A stretch of DNA of 64,000 nt from Octopus vulgaris (Eukaryota), in contig OX597816.1 in assembly GCA_951406725.2 (NCBI GenBank), positions 150,164,001 through 150,228,000 on the forward strand. Direction: 5' to 3'. This document shows positions 51,451-64,000 of the stretch, piece after piece. Positions within the stretch are counted from its first letter, which is position 1, and every line of letters starts with the position of its first letter. The translations under genes were made by a program, and so were the position numbers. Under the pieces are notes generated by a model. That model was not told the origin of the DNA. It saw only the letters and a program-made list of their open reading frames with translations, and searched no databases.

Positions 51451-51959
51451 CATCACCTATCAAATAATAATAATTTCTCATTGTAGCAATTTCAAATTTA
51501 GTTCAAGATCAAACTTTGAAAAGAATTAACCCAGTACTTTCCTAGCAATCATGTTATATCAGGTATGACAAAACAAAGTTAATTTTGAAAACAGGTGAGA
51601 TTATAGAGTAAAAGGTATTTTGTCTGGCACTTTTTGGATGAGTTTTATGAAGAATTTACAAGGAACTGAACTCATTTTTGGATATTACTTATTTTATCAA
51701 CCTAGAAAGGATGAACAATGAAGTTGAATTCAGGTGCACTTTGGAAATATGACACACCAAACTAGGCTTTTTAAATAGTACAGCTTTTACACCAAATCTA
51801 TTATTCATCTGACTCACTTTTTATATAAGAGGTTAATATCCCTAATGAGCTATTTTGTTATTTTTTGCTGATTAAATTCCACCAAAACCCAACACCAATG
51901 TATCCCCCAAATCTCACAAAAATAATCATACATTTTTGACAGAGAGTCATTTTTTTCTT

Positions 51960-52440
51960 ACATATGCTGACTGTATACACATATGCTGTGGGTGATGGCC
52001 ATCAATAAAACATTGCACTTCCAACTTGAACATCTGTGAAAGACAATATACAACTACAACATGGTGTCACAAGTGTTCAGCTAAATCAGATTATTGACTT
52101 TACATATATTGTACAATTGCAGTTAAATAGACTTTAACTGAAATAATTGACTGAGATACTTTGCTGGTTAATGAAGACCATTAAATGGCTGAATACCAAT
52201 TCCTAGTTCCTAACCCTATTTTTGGTGTTAATGTACCTATAAAATGTATTTTAAAGTTTCTGGTGGTTACTGAGGATGAATCAACCGATAAAGTCAAAAT
52301 TGCTCCACTACTATGCTCCATTGGTGAGCAGAGTAAAAATATTTATTATAATTTTACAAGAAGAAGGCCATAATGACAATTTCTAGAAGCTTAAATTAAT
52401 GGTTGAGAAACAGATTTCTTACTATCAACAAAATAGTAGA
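51960..52440 (+). mobile_element. Ty3/Gypsy 5' end: LTR end, tRNA-Leu PBS, gag N-terminus
   Basis: AATAAA at about 52004, then ...ACAACA|TGGTGTCACAAGTG (52062), one mismatch from the complement of the tRNA-Leu 3' end. ORF 52185 has FLVVTEDESTDKVKIAPLLCSIGEQSKNIYYNF, like the Gypsy gag motif K.A.LL..IG.....IY..F. The LTR start is uncertain. Confidence 0.7.
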
Positions 52441-52749
52441 AATATCAAGGACTATTTGATGAAAATGTAAAAAGTAAGAATAAAGTTGACTTAAAAAGAA
52501 AAAGAGAAAAATCAGTTTTATGCACTATCATGATAATGTTTCTCGATGATGATACACTGTTATATCATGGTGTCAGAAGATTCAGCTGTGATGCTAGTTA
52601 CAAATTTAAAGTTCAGTTTTATCTTTTAAATAGAAAACAGTTCTATAAATGTGGTAATCAAGCCATTTTACAAAAGTAAGCAAGTTTAAAACAGTTGTTG
52701 CTGATGATCTAGTAGTAGACCTGATGAAAAATAATAATAATAATAATCA

Positions 52750-52921
52750 TTATCATCATAGTCTTTTAATGTCTGCTCTCCATGCTAGCCCAACCAAGGA
52801 CTGGTAAGCCAGAAGACTGTACCAGGCTTTAATTTGATCTGGCAAGGTTTCTACAGTTGGATACCCTTCCTAACGCCAACAACTCCAAGAGGATAGTGGG
52901 TGCTTTTTATGTGCCACCAGC
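52750..52921 (-). mobile_element. RTE tail
   Basis: TTTCTACAGTTGGATACCCTTCCTAACGCCAAC..GTGCTTTTTATGTGCCACCAGCAC. Confidence 0.85.
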
Positions 52922-53375
52922 ACAAGAGCACTCAGAGAGTGCAAACCTCTGCCAAGGCAACACCAACGTCCTCTCAACAATTAGCCAGAGATGATTTTTG
53001 AAATGAGAATATCTGAAATAAACTCAACTGCTCTCACAAATGAGAATATAGATTACTGTATAGAATTATATTATATATTGTACATACATATTAGCACTTT
53101 ACAATATACTTACATATACACATACGGTAGACAATCAGAGAAAGACTTCAAAGTCAACGTAAGATCATAATACTTCATGTAAAGTAAATATAACAAATAA
53201 CACAGAATCCTTGTCCAGTACTGGATCGATCCCAAAATTTAATCAGTTTGTGCCAGTCATGAAGTCAAACATCCCTGAAAGTTTCACCTGAATCCATCCA
53301 GCGGTTCTTGAGATATCTTCTCCACAGACAAATACAACTGAAAGCAATACATCTGCCTTCGCTAAGGTGGAGGTA
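52922..53375 (+). mobile_element. Helentron-associated non-autonomous element (HINE/DINE-like)
   Basis: 5' ACAAGAGCACTCAGAGAGTGCAAACCTCTGCCAAGG and 3' hairpin CATCTGCCTT cgct AAGGTGGAGGTA with an asymmetric subterminal IR. Body AAAGTTTCACCTGAATCCATCCAGCGGTTCTTGAGATAT. Confidence 0.75.
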
Positions 53376-53399
53376 GCAATAATAATAATAATAATAAAT

Positions 53400-53730
53400 A
53401 ACAGAATAGACAACACAGCAGAAAGTGATAAGTGTGGAATCTGTGGACAAAATGCTGAAACCGTATGGCATATTACCAGCTAATGTACACCACTAATCCA
53501 GAAGGAATATAAGAGATGCCATGACAATATAGCCAGGCTTGTCCATTGGACACTTTGCTACAAGTATGGACTTGACAGAGCAAAAAATTGGTATGACCAC
53601 AAACCTGAAGGCATCGTCGAAAATAGAAATGCAAAGATCCTATGGGATTTTATGATTCAGTGCGACCATGAGATAGAGAATAGGAAGCCAGACAGACTTA
53701 ATTGAGAAAGAAAACAAACTATGCTAGATC
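53400..53730 (+). mobile_element. R4/Dong-clade LINE remnant (CCHC plus restriction-like endonuclease)
   Basis: DKCGICGQNAETVWHITS*CTPLIQKEYKRCHDNIARLVHWTLC..WYDHKPEGIVENRNAKILWDFMIQCDHEIENRKPD. Directly follows (AAT)n, the known Dong target type. Confidence 0.9.
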
Positions 53731-53812
53731 AATTACTACCAATAATCATGGTTGGGTAAGAGTGACTGAAAGGATAAGTAAAAGAAGTCATAACATTAAT
53801 GATAGTCAGCAA

Positions 53813-54650
53813 ATCATCATCATTCATTAACATCTGGTTTCTGTGCTGACATGGGTTGGATGGTTTGACAGGGTCTGATGAGTCAGAGAACACTGTCTAC
53901 TTTGGCTGTCTATTTTTCTATAGCTGGATGCTCTTCCTAACACTAACCATTTTACATAGTGTACTTTTTGTGTGACACCAGCACTAGTGGTGATTGCCTT
54001 TTAATTTGCAGGGCTGAACTCCTAAAATGTCCTCTATAAATGAAAGAAAATAGTAGAGAGAGTGAGTGATGATTCTAAGCAAAGGCACAAAGGATAATAA
54101 GAGGAGAGTCTGTCAGGGAACAGAGGAGAAGGAATTTGTGACAGGGATTATTGAGAAAAAAGGAGGGATGGAACTGAGAGTTGATAGAATAGGTTGTGTA
54201 AGGCAGGGGAGGTTCTAGGTTTATCCAACATGGTAAAGAGTATGAACAGAAGATGAGAGAGAGGAATCTTGAGTCATTGAATTAAATGTGCAGGGTGGAA
54301 GATTGTGTAGTTAAGTCAGAGAGGGAAAAAGGAGAAGGGTGTTGAGGAGGCAGAAAAAGCTGTGAAGAAGGCAATGAGAAGGTTAGGAAGTAGATACTAG
54401 AGGGCACAAGAGGTAGGAAGAAGAGGAAGAGCAGAGTGTGAATGCCTGAAAGTAACACAGATAGAGAGGCAGTGACAAGGATGAAGAAAGAGAAGGATGG
54501 AGTAAAACAGTGAGTGGGTGCAATAATGGAAAGATAGGATAGACAGTATCCTAGAGGTGTAAGAGTGGGTAGTGAGATAAAGTAAGAGGAGGTGTTGTGA
54601 GGCACAAAAAGTGCTGTCAGAGGTTAAAAGACATTGTTATACTTGAAATC
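53813..54650 (-). mobile_element. RTE tail plus 3' UTR
   Basis: (CAT)n..TTAACATC..CATGGGTTGGATGG..GCTGGATGCTCTTCCTAAC, then purine-rich sequence (reverse of the pyrimidine-rich UTR). Confidence 0.75.
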
Positions 54651-54693
54651 CAGAGATATTATGAAGGTACATAAAATCTGGTTAGCCAAAGAA

Positions 54694-54744
<51 letters not shown>

Positions 54745-55612
54745 GTATATACCTAAGTATGTACTTATATATGCACATCATACAGTTACACATTAAGCTA
54801 CAATTTTTTGAAACCAAATAGAGATACACGTAGGGTGGCCTTAATTTACATAACTGTATAATATATCTCAATTTTATACCTAATTCATTGTAACTTTAAA
54901 ATAATTTTAAATATGAAAAAGCTACACTGTGGGAATAATAAGAATGAAAATATGTTTTTCTTTTGTATTGATATATGGATAAAAGAAAGAGAGTGAGGGT
55001 TCTTCTGGCAAACTGTTTCATGATCTGTTGATGCACCTGGCTTCCTTCCCCAGTCAATGGCCTAGGTAAGTTGCAATATAAAGCAGTCATGAATTAGGCT
55101 AGCACTTAAATGGATAGCCTGCTTTGCCTATACACGCACATGCATACTCATACTAAGTAAGCATTTGGCATAAATAAATCATGTATGTTGCTTATATCCG
55201 AACATCAGAATAGAACAATTTAATGTGCTGCCAGGATAATGTTAATGAACAATGATACACAGCTATAACACCTACTAATATTTTATCATGGACATTGACG
55301 CAGAGTATGTCAAATGTTTAATAAGATCAACTTAAGCATTATATATACATTATATGCCATACTTTTAAAGGACAATATACTATGTTTATACATAGCATCC
55401 ATCTAATATCTATAGATCAAGGATGATGTAGGTGCACAATAATGTGCTGTTCAATAAGCAGATAATCTGATGCTGCCAATTTTGTTTTTAGGTATGGTTA
55501 GCCATTGGCTTTTCTTTGAAATGCTCTTCTACTCATTGCCAGGTCTTATTTTCAATCTGCTGGGTGCCTACACACCACCCTTTAGATTACCAACTATAAA
55601 CATATTAACAGG

Positions 55613-55769
55613 AAAATTGACAGAAATAGTACACTCATGTATAAGTAACACTGATTATATATTGGTGATATTAATTAGATCCTTTATAAACAACAAACTA
55701 TTCCTTTAATACTATTTATTTAGGCTATTTAGTACACCTCCATTCAAAGTAAAAGCATGCAATCCTGAA
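55613..55769 (+). repeat. About 155-bp direct duplication (partner 60535-60692)
   Basis: Shared CACTGATTATATATTGGTGA..TATTCCTTTAATACTATTTATTTAGGC..TTTAGTACACCTCCATTCAAAGTAAAAG.ATGCAATCCTGAA. Confidence 0.9.
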
Positions 55770-58700
55770 TAATCAATTATTGATGAATATTGCATGATAA
55801 CTTCTATTAATTTGTCAAAATCTGATTATTTAATATTTATTAATATTGAAATTAGAATCACTAATTGATCAACGTTTGCTTGGTTGAGATTGTTGATATT
55901 TCTAACTTGCACAGTTTACATTTTCTAATAAAAAGAAAGAAGAAAATCTGTTTACTTAACAATGCTTAAATTCTGTTAAAAGAACGTTTAGAGAGAATTA
56001 ACAAATGTTATTGCTAGAAATTGGAACGAGTGTATCTAAAAAAGCAGTTCTTTGGTTTGCTGATCTAAGAAAGCTAATCAGGATTTCTTACATTGATATA
56101 TAAGGAAAGATATTTTTGATTGACTCAACACTAGTACATATTTTATCCAACAGAAGAGAGAGAGAGTTTATAAAAATCAACTTTGCATTATTTCAATATA
56201 GTGACAAAACAAAACAGTTTAAAGCATTTAGTCTGGCACTTGTAAGAGTATGAATAAGGATTTTAAACTTAGGCAATGCAGAAGTGTACAACTTGATTTG
56301 TGTTTTACATAATTACAATTAATTCCAGTACTTTACTATTAATTTTATCAACCTCAAAAATGACCAAAGGCAAAATCAGCCATTGTAGGATTTGAATTCA
56401 GAATGCAGGTGGGATTTTACTAAAAACCGCTAATAATTTTACCTATTGCCTACTGAATCTTCTATTGAGTGAGTTTTTGCCAACCAGTCTTCAAAACTTT
56501 TGTGTGTAGTAGCAGCACCTTTGAATCCACTGTGTCTTACTTGAGATTTGCAAAAGGTAAGCACTGGTTAATAATAAATCAGAGTAGTTTAATACTGTTA
56601 ATTCTCTTGTAGTCTTATGAGTAAAGAGGCAGAAAAGTCTATGGTATTTGGCTAAAATATATAACTTCCAATTCATCTACCTGTAATAGAAACCACTGAC
56701 TGATATATTTCAGAGTATAAATAATAATAGTTTTGTGGAATTGAAGATGCTGAGTTCAATCAAGAAAAGCTGTATATCTTCATAATACTACAAAAACCTG
56801 AATTGAGTACTTGTCTATATGTATCCTTGTAATTCAAAAAGGGTCAGATTAAATAAGAATGATACCAATGAAACTGTCTCTAGGATTTGTTTATATTTCC
56901 ATCATGAATCCTTGCTGCATGTTCAACTTGTATTTCTTATTTAGTTTTAATTATATTTTAACATTCTAAATATATTTTAAACAATCAATTATATAGACTT
57001 TAAGTTCAAAGCTGATATAATTTGATCACAAGTTTATTTGATACTAAAAGATTATATTTATAACCACCGTTATAATTCAGTATTAATAATCAATAACAAT
57101 GATTTTCTTAATGCTTAGGCTACTTGGCTGATATTTATTTTACTAAATCTACACAAAATGGCAAAGTCTGGCCCAACAAGATTTGAGCTCAGAAATATAA
57201 GGACCGAACTAGACACCAAAGAATGTTCAAGTGTTTGGTTCTGTTCTTTATGCAAAATCATCTACCTTATAATAATTCATGTTATTTACCCATCACCAAA
57301 TAATGTAATCCAATATCTATTTACTAGACTGATAACAATACAGGAAGTTTAAATCTTTTATTTGATTAAATGGTATAATGTGTTTAGAAGGATATATAGC
57401 TTTAGTCAAAATATCTTTTTATTTCTTTTCCATACATTCAATGTTTTTTAAGATTTTGAGAATAAATGAGAAATATTTTCAACTAAATTGCTATCTATAA
57501 TGAACTAGCATTTATGTAAGTATATTCAGGATATTACAAAATGCTTCATAATTATGAATATTTAGCCATACATTGGGAGATATTGTGTAGCTTGTATGAA
57601 AGAAATCAAAACTAGCATGTGAAGTTTATTTCATACCTTGCTGCTTAATTATTTTCATACCTATTTACTCATCAAGCAATGCAAGAATATAACTGCATGA
57701 TGCTGAGTCAATATCTAGAATGACTTACCATTTTTATGGGTAATCAACTGCTTACAACATTTTTTTTTCACATTTTCCACCTACATTTTTGTACTTTTCT
57801 CATCTTGAAAAGCTAATTTTAAAAAGAAACTTATTAGCTGTTTCTTGTATAATTGCTGCATTTTCTCTAAGTCAGTGTTGTCATCATCATTATTGTCATC
57901 ATTTAACATCCTTTTTTCCATGCTTGCATGAGTTCTCCTATCTGAGAAAAGTATAATCTGAAAGGGCCAGACAATATTTCCCAGGGAGATGTATAAATGC
58001 ACCAATATAGAAAACATTTTTTGAAATTCAAGGACATTCAAATATATATTGTAGATATTCAATTTACTGTCACTTTATACAAAAGCATTGAGAAATTTCA
58101 GTATGATTTTGTGACATACAGTACCATTACAGGGGATAAATATAACAATCATAGCAAGTGACAATTAGGTGCAAAATATTTTACTATGTCGAACATAACT
58201 CGACATCATACTTAACCATATTCAGCTCTCTTTGTTAGTTCGGCTCCTATATTTACATCAAGTTAAACCTACATTACCCTTATTTCTCCAAGGCCCATAT
58301 ACCACTTGCACCCTTTTCCCTACATAAATGAACTAAGACTCGTTTCCATTTCTATAGTAATCTGTTTATTTGCCAATAAAACATCCTACAAGTCTTCCTT
58401 AGCAGCAAGAATGGAAGTTATTTATGCACTTCCATCATAAGTAAATACCTTATCTACATTCTAAAGTAACACTGATAATGCAGTAATGTTTAACAAGAAT
58501 AAAAGCTGTATTTATCTCTAATAAGAAATACCAAAAACCTGCATGAATAACAATCAACTGAAAGAATCTTTCATTAGACATACATTAAAAAATGTCTTTA
58601 CTGACCTTCTGGAAACCAAATACTCTTAACATAGCTACATATATTTTGAAGCAATTTACTTTTATCTTCAAAGTCAGTTGAATGTAGAATTTGGTTTGTT

Positions 58701-60009
58701 CATTCATAAGGATTTGTGAACTCTCTAAAACAATAAAAGTTTTGTTTGTTTCTTTTGTATATCTCTAAATCTCAGACTAATGTGGCACCTGTCAATTTAG
58801 TCATATTTTCTCTTTTCTTTCTCCTCCCATTTTTTAATAAACAAGAGCCCTAATATCATTCAGAAATATTTTTGTCTAAGTTTATCTTATCCTGTAGTAA
58901 ACTTACAGAAATCAGGGAGAATATTTAGCACACCAAACTAAACTTCCCTGTTCTTTGTCTCTCATACGCCCAGAATATGCTTATAACCGAACTTATTTTC
59001 TGGAATTAAATTCCTTGCCAAGAGTTCATCACATTAACAGCAGATAATGAAACAAAGCCAAGCAATTATTCTGAGGATATCTAATAAATAACTAATAACT
59101 ATAATAATTTTTTTTTTATTAAAAGCTTTAAATTTTAATAAATTTCTAATTAATAGTGAATATTAATACTTTTAGCATTTTGTTTACCAGCTTGTGCTTA
59201 CCGAGTTCATTTTGTTCCCATTCAAAAATGCAACATGAAACAAGGAGAAAAGTAATCCTTAATAGAAATTAGAAGTGTAATATTCAGGCATGTATGAATG
59301 GAATTTACCTACTTACCAATTTCATAAGTTAATGCTAACTTTCCATTCATCCTGGATAGAACCCTTGTAATAACAGCAAAACTAAATCCTTGATATTAAC
59401 ATGTACATATAGTTTCTAAAACCCATTTAAATCATTGTTTAGTAAGGTAGTGATCATAAATATCCACAATACAATTAGTTGTCTGAAACAATGCTCCTAC
59501 AAGATAGTTAAACATTCTGCGCAAGATTGATCAATTAAGAACCTGCTGTTTCTAAGTCAGAACCAGGGTACTTAATGCGAAATAATTGGAAAGCACTTCT
59601 ATTATTGACAACAATCACAAGCTTAAATTTAGATAGTTGTGAATATGGTATCTTAACAAAAGGTTAGGCTGATTTTTAAAGGTCAATAAAACTAAGGAAA
59701 CAGGGATTTTAATAATGCAAATTGCAATGCTTACACCTAAGAAACAAATGTTAAAAAGAATAAGAAAAATGTAGTTAAAATACAATGAAATAAGACAGTA
59801 ATACTTTTAATCTAAAGTATTCAAAGTATGAAAAGTAAAGTCCATTTGTGTTTGTGAGAGACAGAAAAATGAACATAGCTAAGGATAATGTATTGGACTA
59901 CTGAATAACATTTTTTAGTTCATGTCTTCAGTCATTTCATTCTGTCTGTGGGATGGAAAATAGGTTCCAAGCCTTTCTATACAAGTTAAACAAATGACAA
60001 ATATCTTTT

Positions 60010-60480
60010 ATTAGACAGGGGTACTACTTAATGAAGAGAATGATATGGGTAATGAGAGGAAGGTAAATGACCAAATTGGGAGTGCATAGGTAGAGCTGTT
60101 ATGGGGAAAATCAGCTCTGAGAAACAGAGGCCAGTGTAGAGGTGGTCCAAAAAGCAAACAGAGGAGACAGCATGTCTGTGGATTAGAGATTGGAATGTAT
60201 TGGTGACTTCATGTCAATCAATCACATGGTTTCTCTTTGGATGCATTTTAGGGTGCCTGTATTTTAAACAATAGTACCATCCCAGACACGCTATATTCCA
60301 TTGTTTATCACATTTGAGGGCTAGTGTTTTTTGGTGGAGAGAGGGGTTCTGAAGTATTTTCTAGGACAGAAGAAAAATACCATTCTTTGAAGTACAGTTT
60401 TCCTAGTTTAAGATGTGTGTTCACTACAAAACATCTTCAATGTCTTGGTTGCAAAAGGTTAGGAAGAAATGAAGGATTGT
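60010..60480 (-). mobile_element. CR1/L2-like LINE RT C-terminal remnant
   Basis: Minus strand: KTVLQRMVFFFCPRKYF..TMEYS/VWDG..TLKCIQRETM*LI..FQSLIHRHAVSSVCFLDHLYTGLCFSEL. Confidence 0.75.
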
Positions 60481-60692
60481 ATTACCTATAGAGTAGCAGG
60501 TTTATTGAGGCATAGAATGAAGAGTGTGAATGACAAAATTGAGAGAAATAGTGCACTCATAAATAATAGCACTGATTATATATTGGTGACATTAATTAGA
60601 ACCTTTATAAAAAAAACAAATTATTCCTTTAATACTATTTATTTAGGCACTTTAGTACACCTCCATTCAAAGTAAAAGTATGCAATCCTGAA

Positions 60693-61188
60693 AAGTGAGA
60701 TCACAGCTGTAGCCAACATTCTGTGCATGAGGAGACTTATTGAGTCAAGTAAATCACAACCAAATGGAAATTGTAGTTGTGGCCGTTACCAGTGGTGGTG
60801 GCATGCGATAAGCACCATTCATTCATGCGTGGGTCACTGCCAGAGCTGCCTGACTGGCTCCCTGTGCTGATAGCATGTAAAAAGCACCTTCTAAGCGTGG
60901 TTGATGCCAGCCCCAATGCCCTGACTGGCTCCTATGCTGGTGGCACATAAAAAGCACCATCTGAACGTGACTGATGCCAGTGCCACATGATTGGCTCCCG
61001 TGCTGGTGGCACGTAAAAAGCAACCACTACACTCTCAGAGTGGTTTGCATTAGAAAGAGCATCCAGCTGTAGAAACATTGCCATATCAGACTGGAGCCTA
61101 GTGTGGCCTCCTAGCTTGCCAGTCTCCAGTCAAACATTCCAACCCATGCCAGCATGAAAACAGACATTAAACGATGATGATGATGATG
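60693..61188 (+). mobile_element. RTE tail with about four internal tandem units
   Basis: Repeated CTGACTGGCTCC..TGCTGGTGGCAC.TAAAAAGCACC and tail CATTAAACGATGATGATG. Confidence 0.9.
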
Positions 61189-61247
61189 ACATATATATGT
61201 ATGTATATGTGTATATATATATATATGTATGTATGTGTGTGTGTGTG

Positions 61248-61279
<32 letters not shown>

Positions 61280-61864
61280 CAGGGTGTCCCAAAAGTCATT
61301 GATGAGTTTCAATTTTTAATGACTTCCTAAACTTTACAAATAAATGCATGAAATTTTGATACAAATAAAGGACATAATGGAAATTAATATGCACAAGTCA
61401 AATTTTGCAACACCACTACATCACATAAGAAAAATGATATCGCTTAAATGGCAGCCATTTTCAGCTTCGCATGCCCATGCTCTTCCCAAAACTTGCACCA
61501 TAACACCCTCAAGAGTTTCAGACCCCACTTTTCTGATTTCTCTATTGATGTTCTCCTTCAGTTGCACCAGGGTCTCTGGTTTGTTGATGTAAATCCTCTC
61601 TTTCAGGTATACCCACAAGAAAAAATCTGGGCTAGTCAAGTGTGGTGAATGTGAAGGCCAGTGGAAGATTATTCTCTCTAAAGTGCTGCCGTAGCAACTG
61701 CATTATTTCTCTTGCATTATAAGCAGTTGCCCCATCTAACTGGAACCATGTATGAAGTCTACTTTGAATGACCTTCATGACATAGGCGATGTCATTTTTC
61801 ATATGTGATGTAGTGATGTTGCAAAATTTGACTTGTGCATATTAATTTCCATTATGTTCTTTAT
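61280..61864 (-). mobile_element. DD41D (rosa-like) Tc1/mariner remnant with right TIR and internal inverted repeat
   Basis: TA|CAGGGTGTCCCAAAAGTC TIR. Minus strand reads WFQLDGATAY../WPSHSPHLTSPDFFLWVYLKERIYINKPETLVQLKENI..CEAENGCHL. 61365-61446 is inverted at 61783-61864. Confidence 0.9.
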
Positions 61865-62318
61865 ATTTCCATTATGTTTTTACATATAAAAATTTACTAG
61901 GTACTGGAAATGTGTAACAAACCAAACTAACTAAAATAAGACAGGGTGGTAAAAAGTTTGGGAAATTACCACCTCTGTTAAAAACAAAGGGTTTCTTTCA
62001 TTGTGCAAAAAACATTGTACAACTTGCTTAAGAAGTGCTATGTCACACAGTAGTAAGACATAAAGATTGTAAGCTTTGTGTAGGCTGGAGAAAATAAAGT
62101 GAGCATGATTTGAAGATTGTGTTATATTTCAAGTGTGATTTATGATAAGGAATATGGCAAACTAATAACTAATCCAACCTATGCCGAACCATTGCTAAGT
62201 GTTCAGGACATAGGTAGGCATATATATATATATCATATGAACTTACTAACTCTACTGGCATAAAAATGCAAACTAAGATATGGACGATGAGCATATTCAA
62301 CAAAATTCAGTTTTTGAT

Positions 62319-62319
62319 G

Positions 62320-62368
<49 letters not shown>

Positions 62369-62723
62369 AATTATTGTATACAGTGTTCAGGTGCACCACA
62401 ACTTGTCAAAAGTGCATATAAAGTATATGCAGTAATGTACAAATGTCTGGAAAGTAAACAGTGTATGAGTCAGATACATGCTTGCGTGTGTATGGAGGAG
62501 AGAAAATCAGGTGTAATGTTGGCGAATCTCAGGAAGCATGAAAGTTTTGAAGGATGCAGTGCTCCGACAACTAACAACTGATGCCGGCAGTTTGTTCCAT
62601 ACTTCAGCAACTCTTAGTGTGAAAAAATGTTTCCAAAAGTCATGGGAGCTGTGCTGCTTTCTGACTTTGTAAACATGTCCACGGGTGTTAGACGAGTGGA
62701 GTTTGAAAAGGTGCTCAGAGTTA
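62319..62723 (-). mobile_element. CR1-type LINE 3' end with (ATT)n tail
   Basis: Uninterrupted minus-strand frame NSEHLFKLHSSNTRGHVYKVRKQHSSHDFWKHFFTLRVAEVWNKLPASVVSCRSTASFKTFMLPEIRQHYT*, then a short UTR and microsatellite tail. Confidence 0.9.
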
Positions 62724-63659
62724 TGCTTCTCACTAGCACTAACTAGTATAAGTACAAAACAGACAAGTCACTGCACAAAATTTCTAGCTTGCTACAGTCT
62801 CTCAGGTGATAATGCACAAGTGTGCATGTATGTATACATATACATATGTGTATATTTGTAAATACATACCTTACACACAAACTTAAAACATATGTTTATT
62901 CAAAAACACAAACATATATACAGACACATGCATAAACATTTACAGGGAAAGAGAAAAAGCAAGAAATATATATTGTGTGATAAAGAGATATTCTATGTGA
63001 TATATATATAGTGTGCCTGTATAAGAGAGATAACTAAAATAGCATGTAAAATAGGAGAAAATAGCAAGATTGACTGATTATATGCATGTATTTATGAAAG
63101 AGAAAAAATGAAACAATGAGGAGAAATTATGCATATATTACTATTAAATGTGTGTGGGTGTGTATATGTGTGTGTGAGAGAGAGAGAGCTGAAGAGAAGA
63201 AATGATTATAACGTGCACATTATTTTGTCAATCAGGAATAATGAAAGCTAAAGTATGGCTGTGATGAAGTGGGAAGAAAATAATATAAAATAAAGCTGAC
63301 AACTTTTATCAAATTGTAATAATTGATAAGTAATATCTACCTAAAAAGGAAAAGAAGGCAAATGACACAGCAGAAGAAAAGCAGGCAGACAGGAAATTCT
63401 TAGAAATCACTGCCTTGAGGAAGTCTATGTGGTTTTGAGTAGCCCTAAGATTGATAACAAAACTATTTTTTAAAAAATTATGAAGAGAAGCTCAATGATG
63501 TTACACAGTTGTTACTGCAAACAATTTTTTTTTTTCATGTTCAGTTTTTTTTACACTATTTGTAGTTATTTAAAATTGTTAGTTTTTCTTAAGTTTCATG
63601 ATTAATGACTCATACGGTGATAAAACTACTACTACTACATGTATCATAATAATAATAAT

Positions 63660-64000
63660 ATTCCTTTCTATTATAGACACAAAGCTTGAACTTTTGGGTA
63701 AGGGGGGAAAATCAACTTCACTGACCCCAGTGCTCAAGTAGCAATTATTTTATTGAATCTGAAAGGATGAAAGGCAAAGTTGACCTTGGTGGCATATGAA
63801 CTCAGATTATCAAGATGAATGAAGTGCTGCTTGGCATTTTGTCTGGCATGCTAACAAAGCTGCCAGCTTACTGCCTTAATAATTCTTTCTACTATAGTCA
63901 TAAAGCCTAAAATTTTTGGGGAGAGGTTCAGCTAAATACATCAACCCCAATACTCTGCTGGTACCTGTCTTGACCCCATAAGGATAAAAGGCAAAGATGA
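63660..64000 (-). mobile_element. Two tandem SINE B copies (second truncated by the window end)
   Basis: GAAAGGATGAAAGGCAAAGTTGACCTTGG at about 63760-63790 and again at 63980-64000. Confidence 0.85.

Noticed and set aside
59317-59351. Minus-strand 35-nt exon candidate (MNGKLALTYEI, GTAAGT donor)
   Set aside because: Weak polypyrimidine tract, no recognisable protein and no consistent neighbouring exons.
60790-61025. CRISPR-like repeat-spacer array
   Set aside because: The units are diverged tandem copies without unique spacers, inside a eukaryotic LINE tail, and there are no cas genes.

Overview
AT-rich, repeat-saturated eukaryotic non-coding DNA. The SINE families, the (GAT)n-tailed RTE elements and the dense microsatellites resemble what I know of Octopus (coleoid cephalopod) genomes; the taxon is inferred, not proven. 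I could not support any intact host gene, and the supplied ORF track is almost all low-complexity or transposon-derived noise. The window holds decayed elements of many classes: Tc1/mariner (DD34D-, DD37D- and DD41D-like), Helitron and Helentron-associated elements, TTAA MITEs, Gypsy pol and LTR-PBS-gag, RTE, CR1/L2-like and R4/Dong LINEs, three tRNA-derived SINE families, and Penelope-like element (PLE) ends. There are two main signals. (1) A cluster of type I hammerhead ribozyme (HHR) motifs: two different, co-oriented HHRs flank a 689-nt structured segment (44207-44951, minus strand, retrozyme-like), one family has a non-canonical core at position 6, and several palindromic fold-backs are built from HHR halves. 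(2) Many local snap-back and templated duplications, often at LINE 5' junctions, which would give long dsRNA if transcribed. Element boundaries were read by eye and are approximate.
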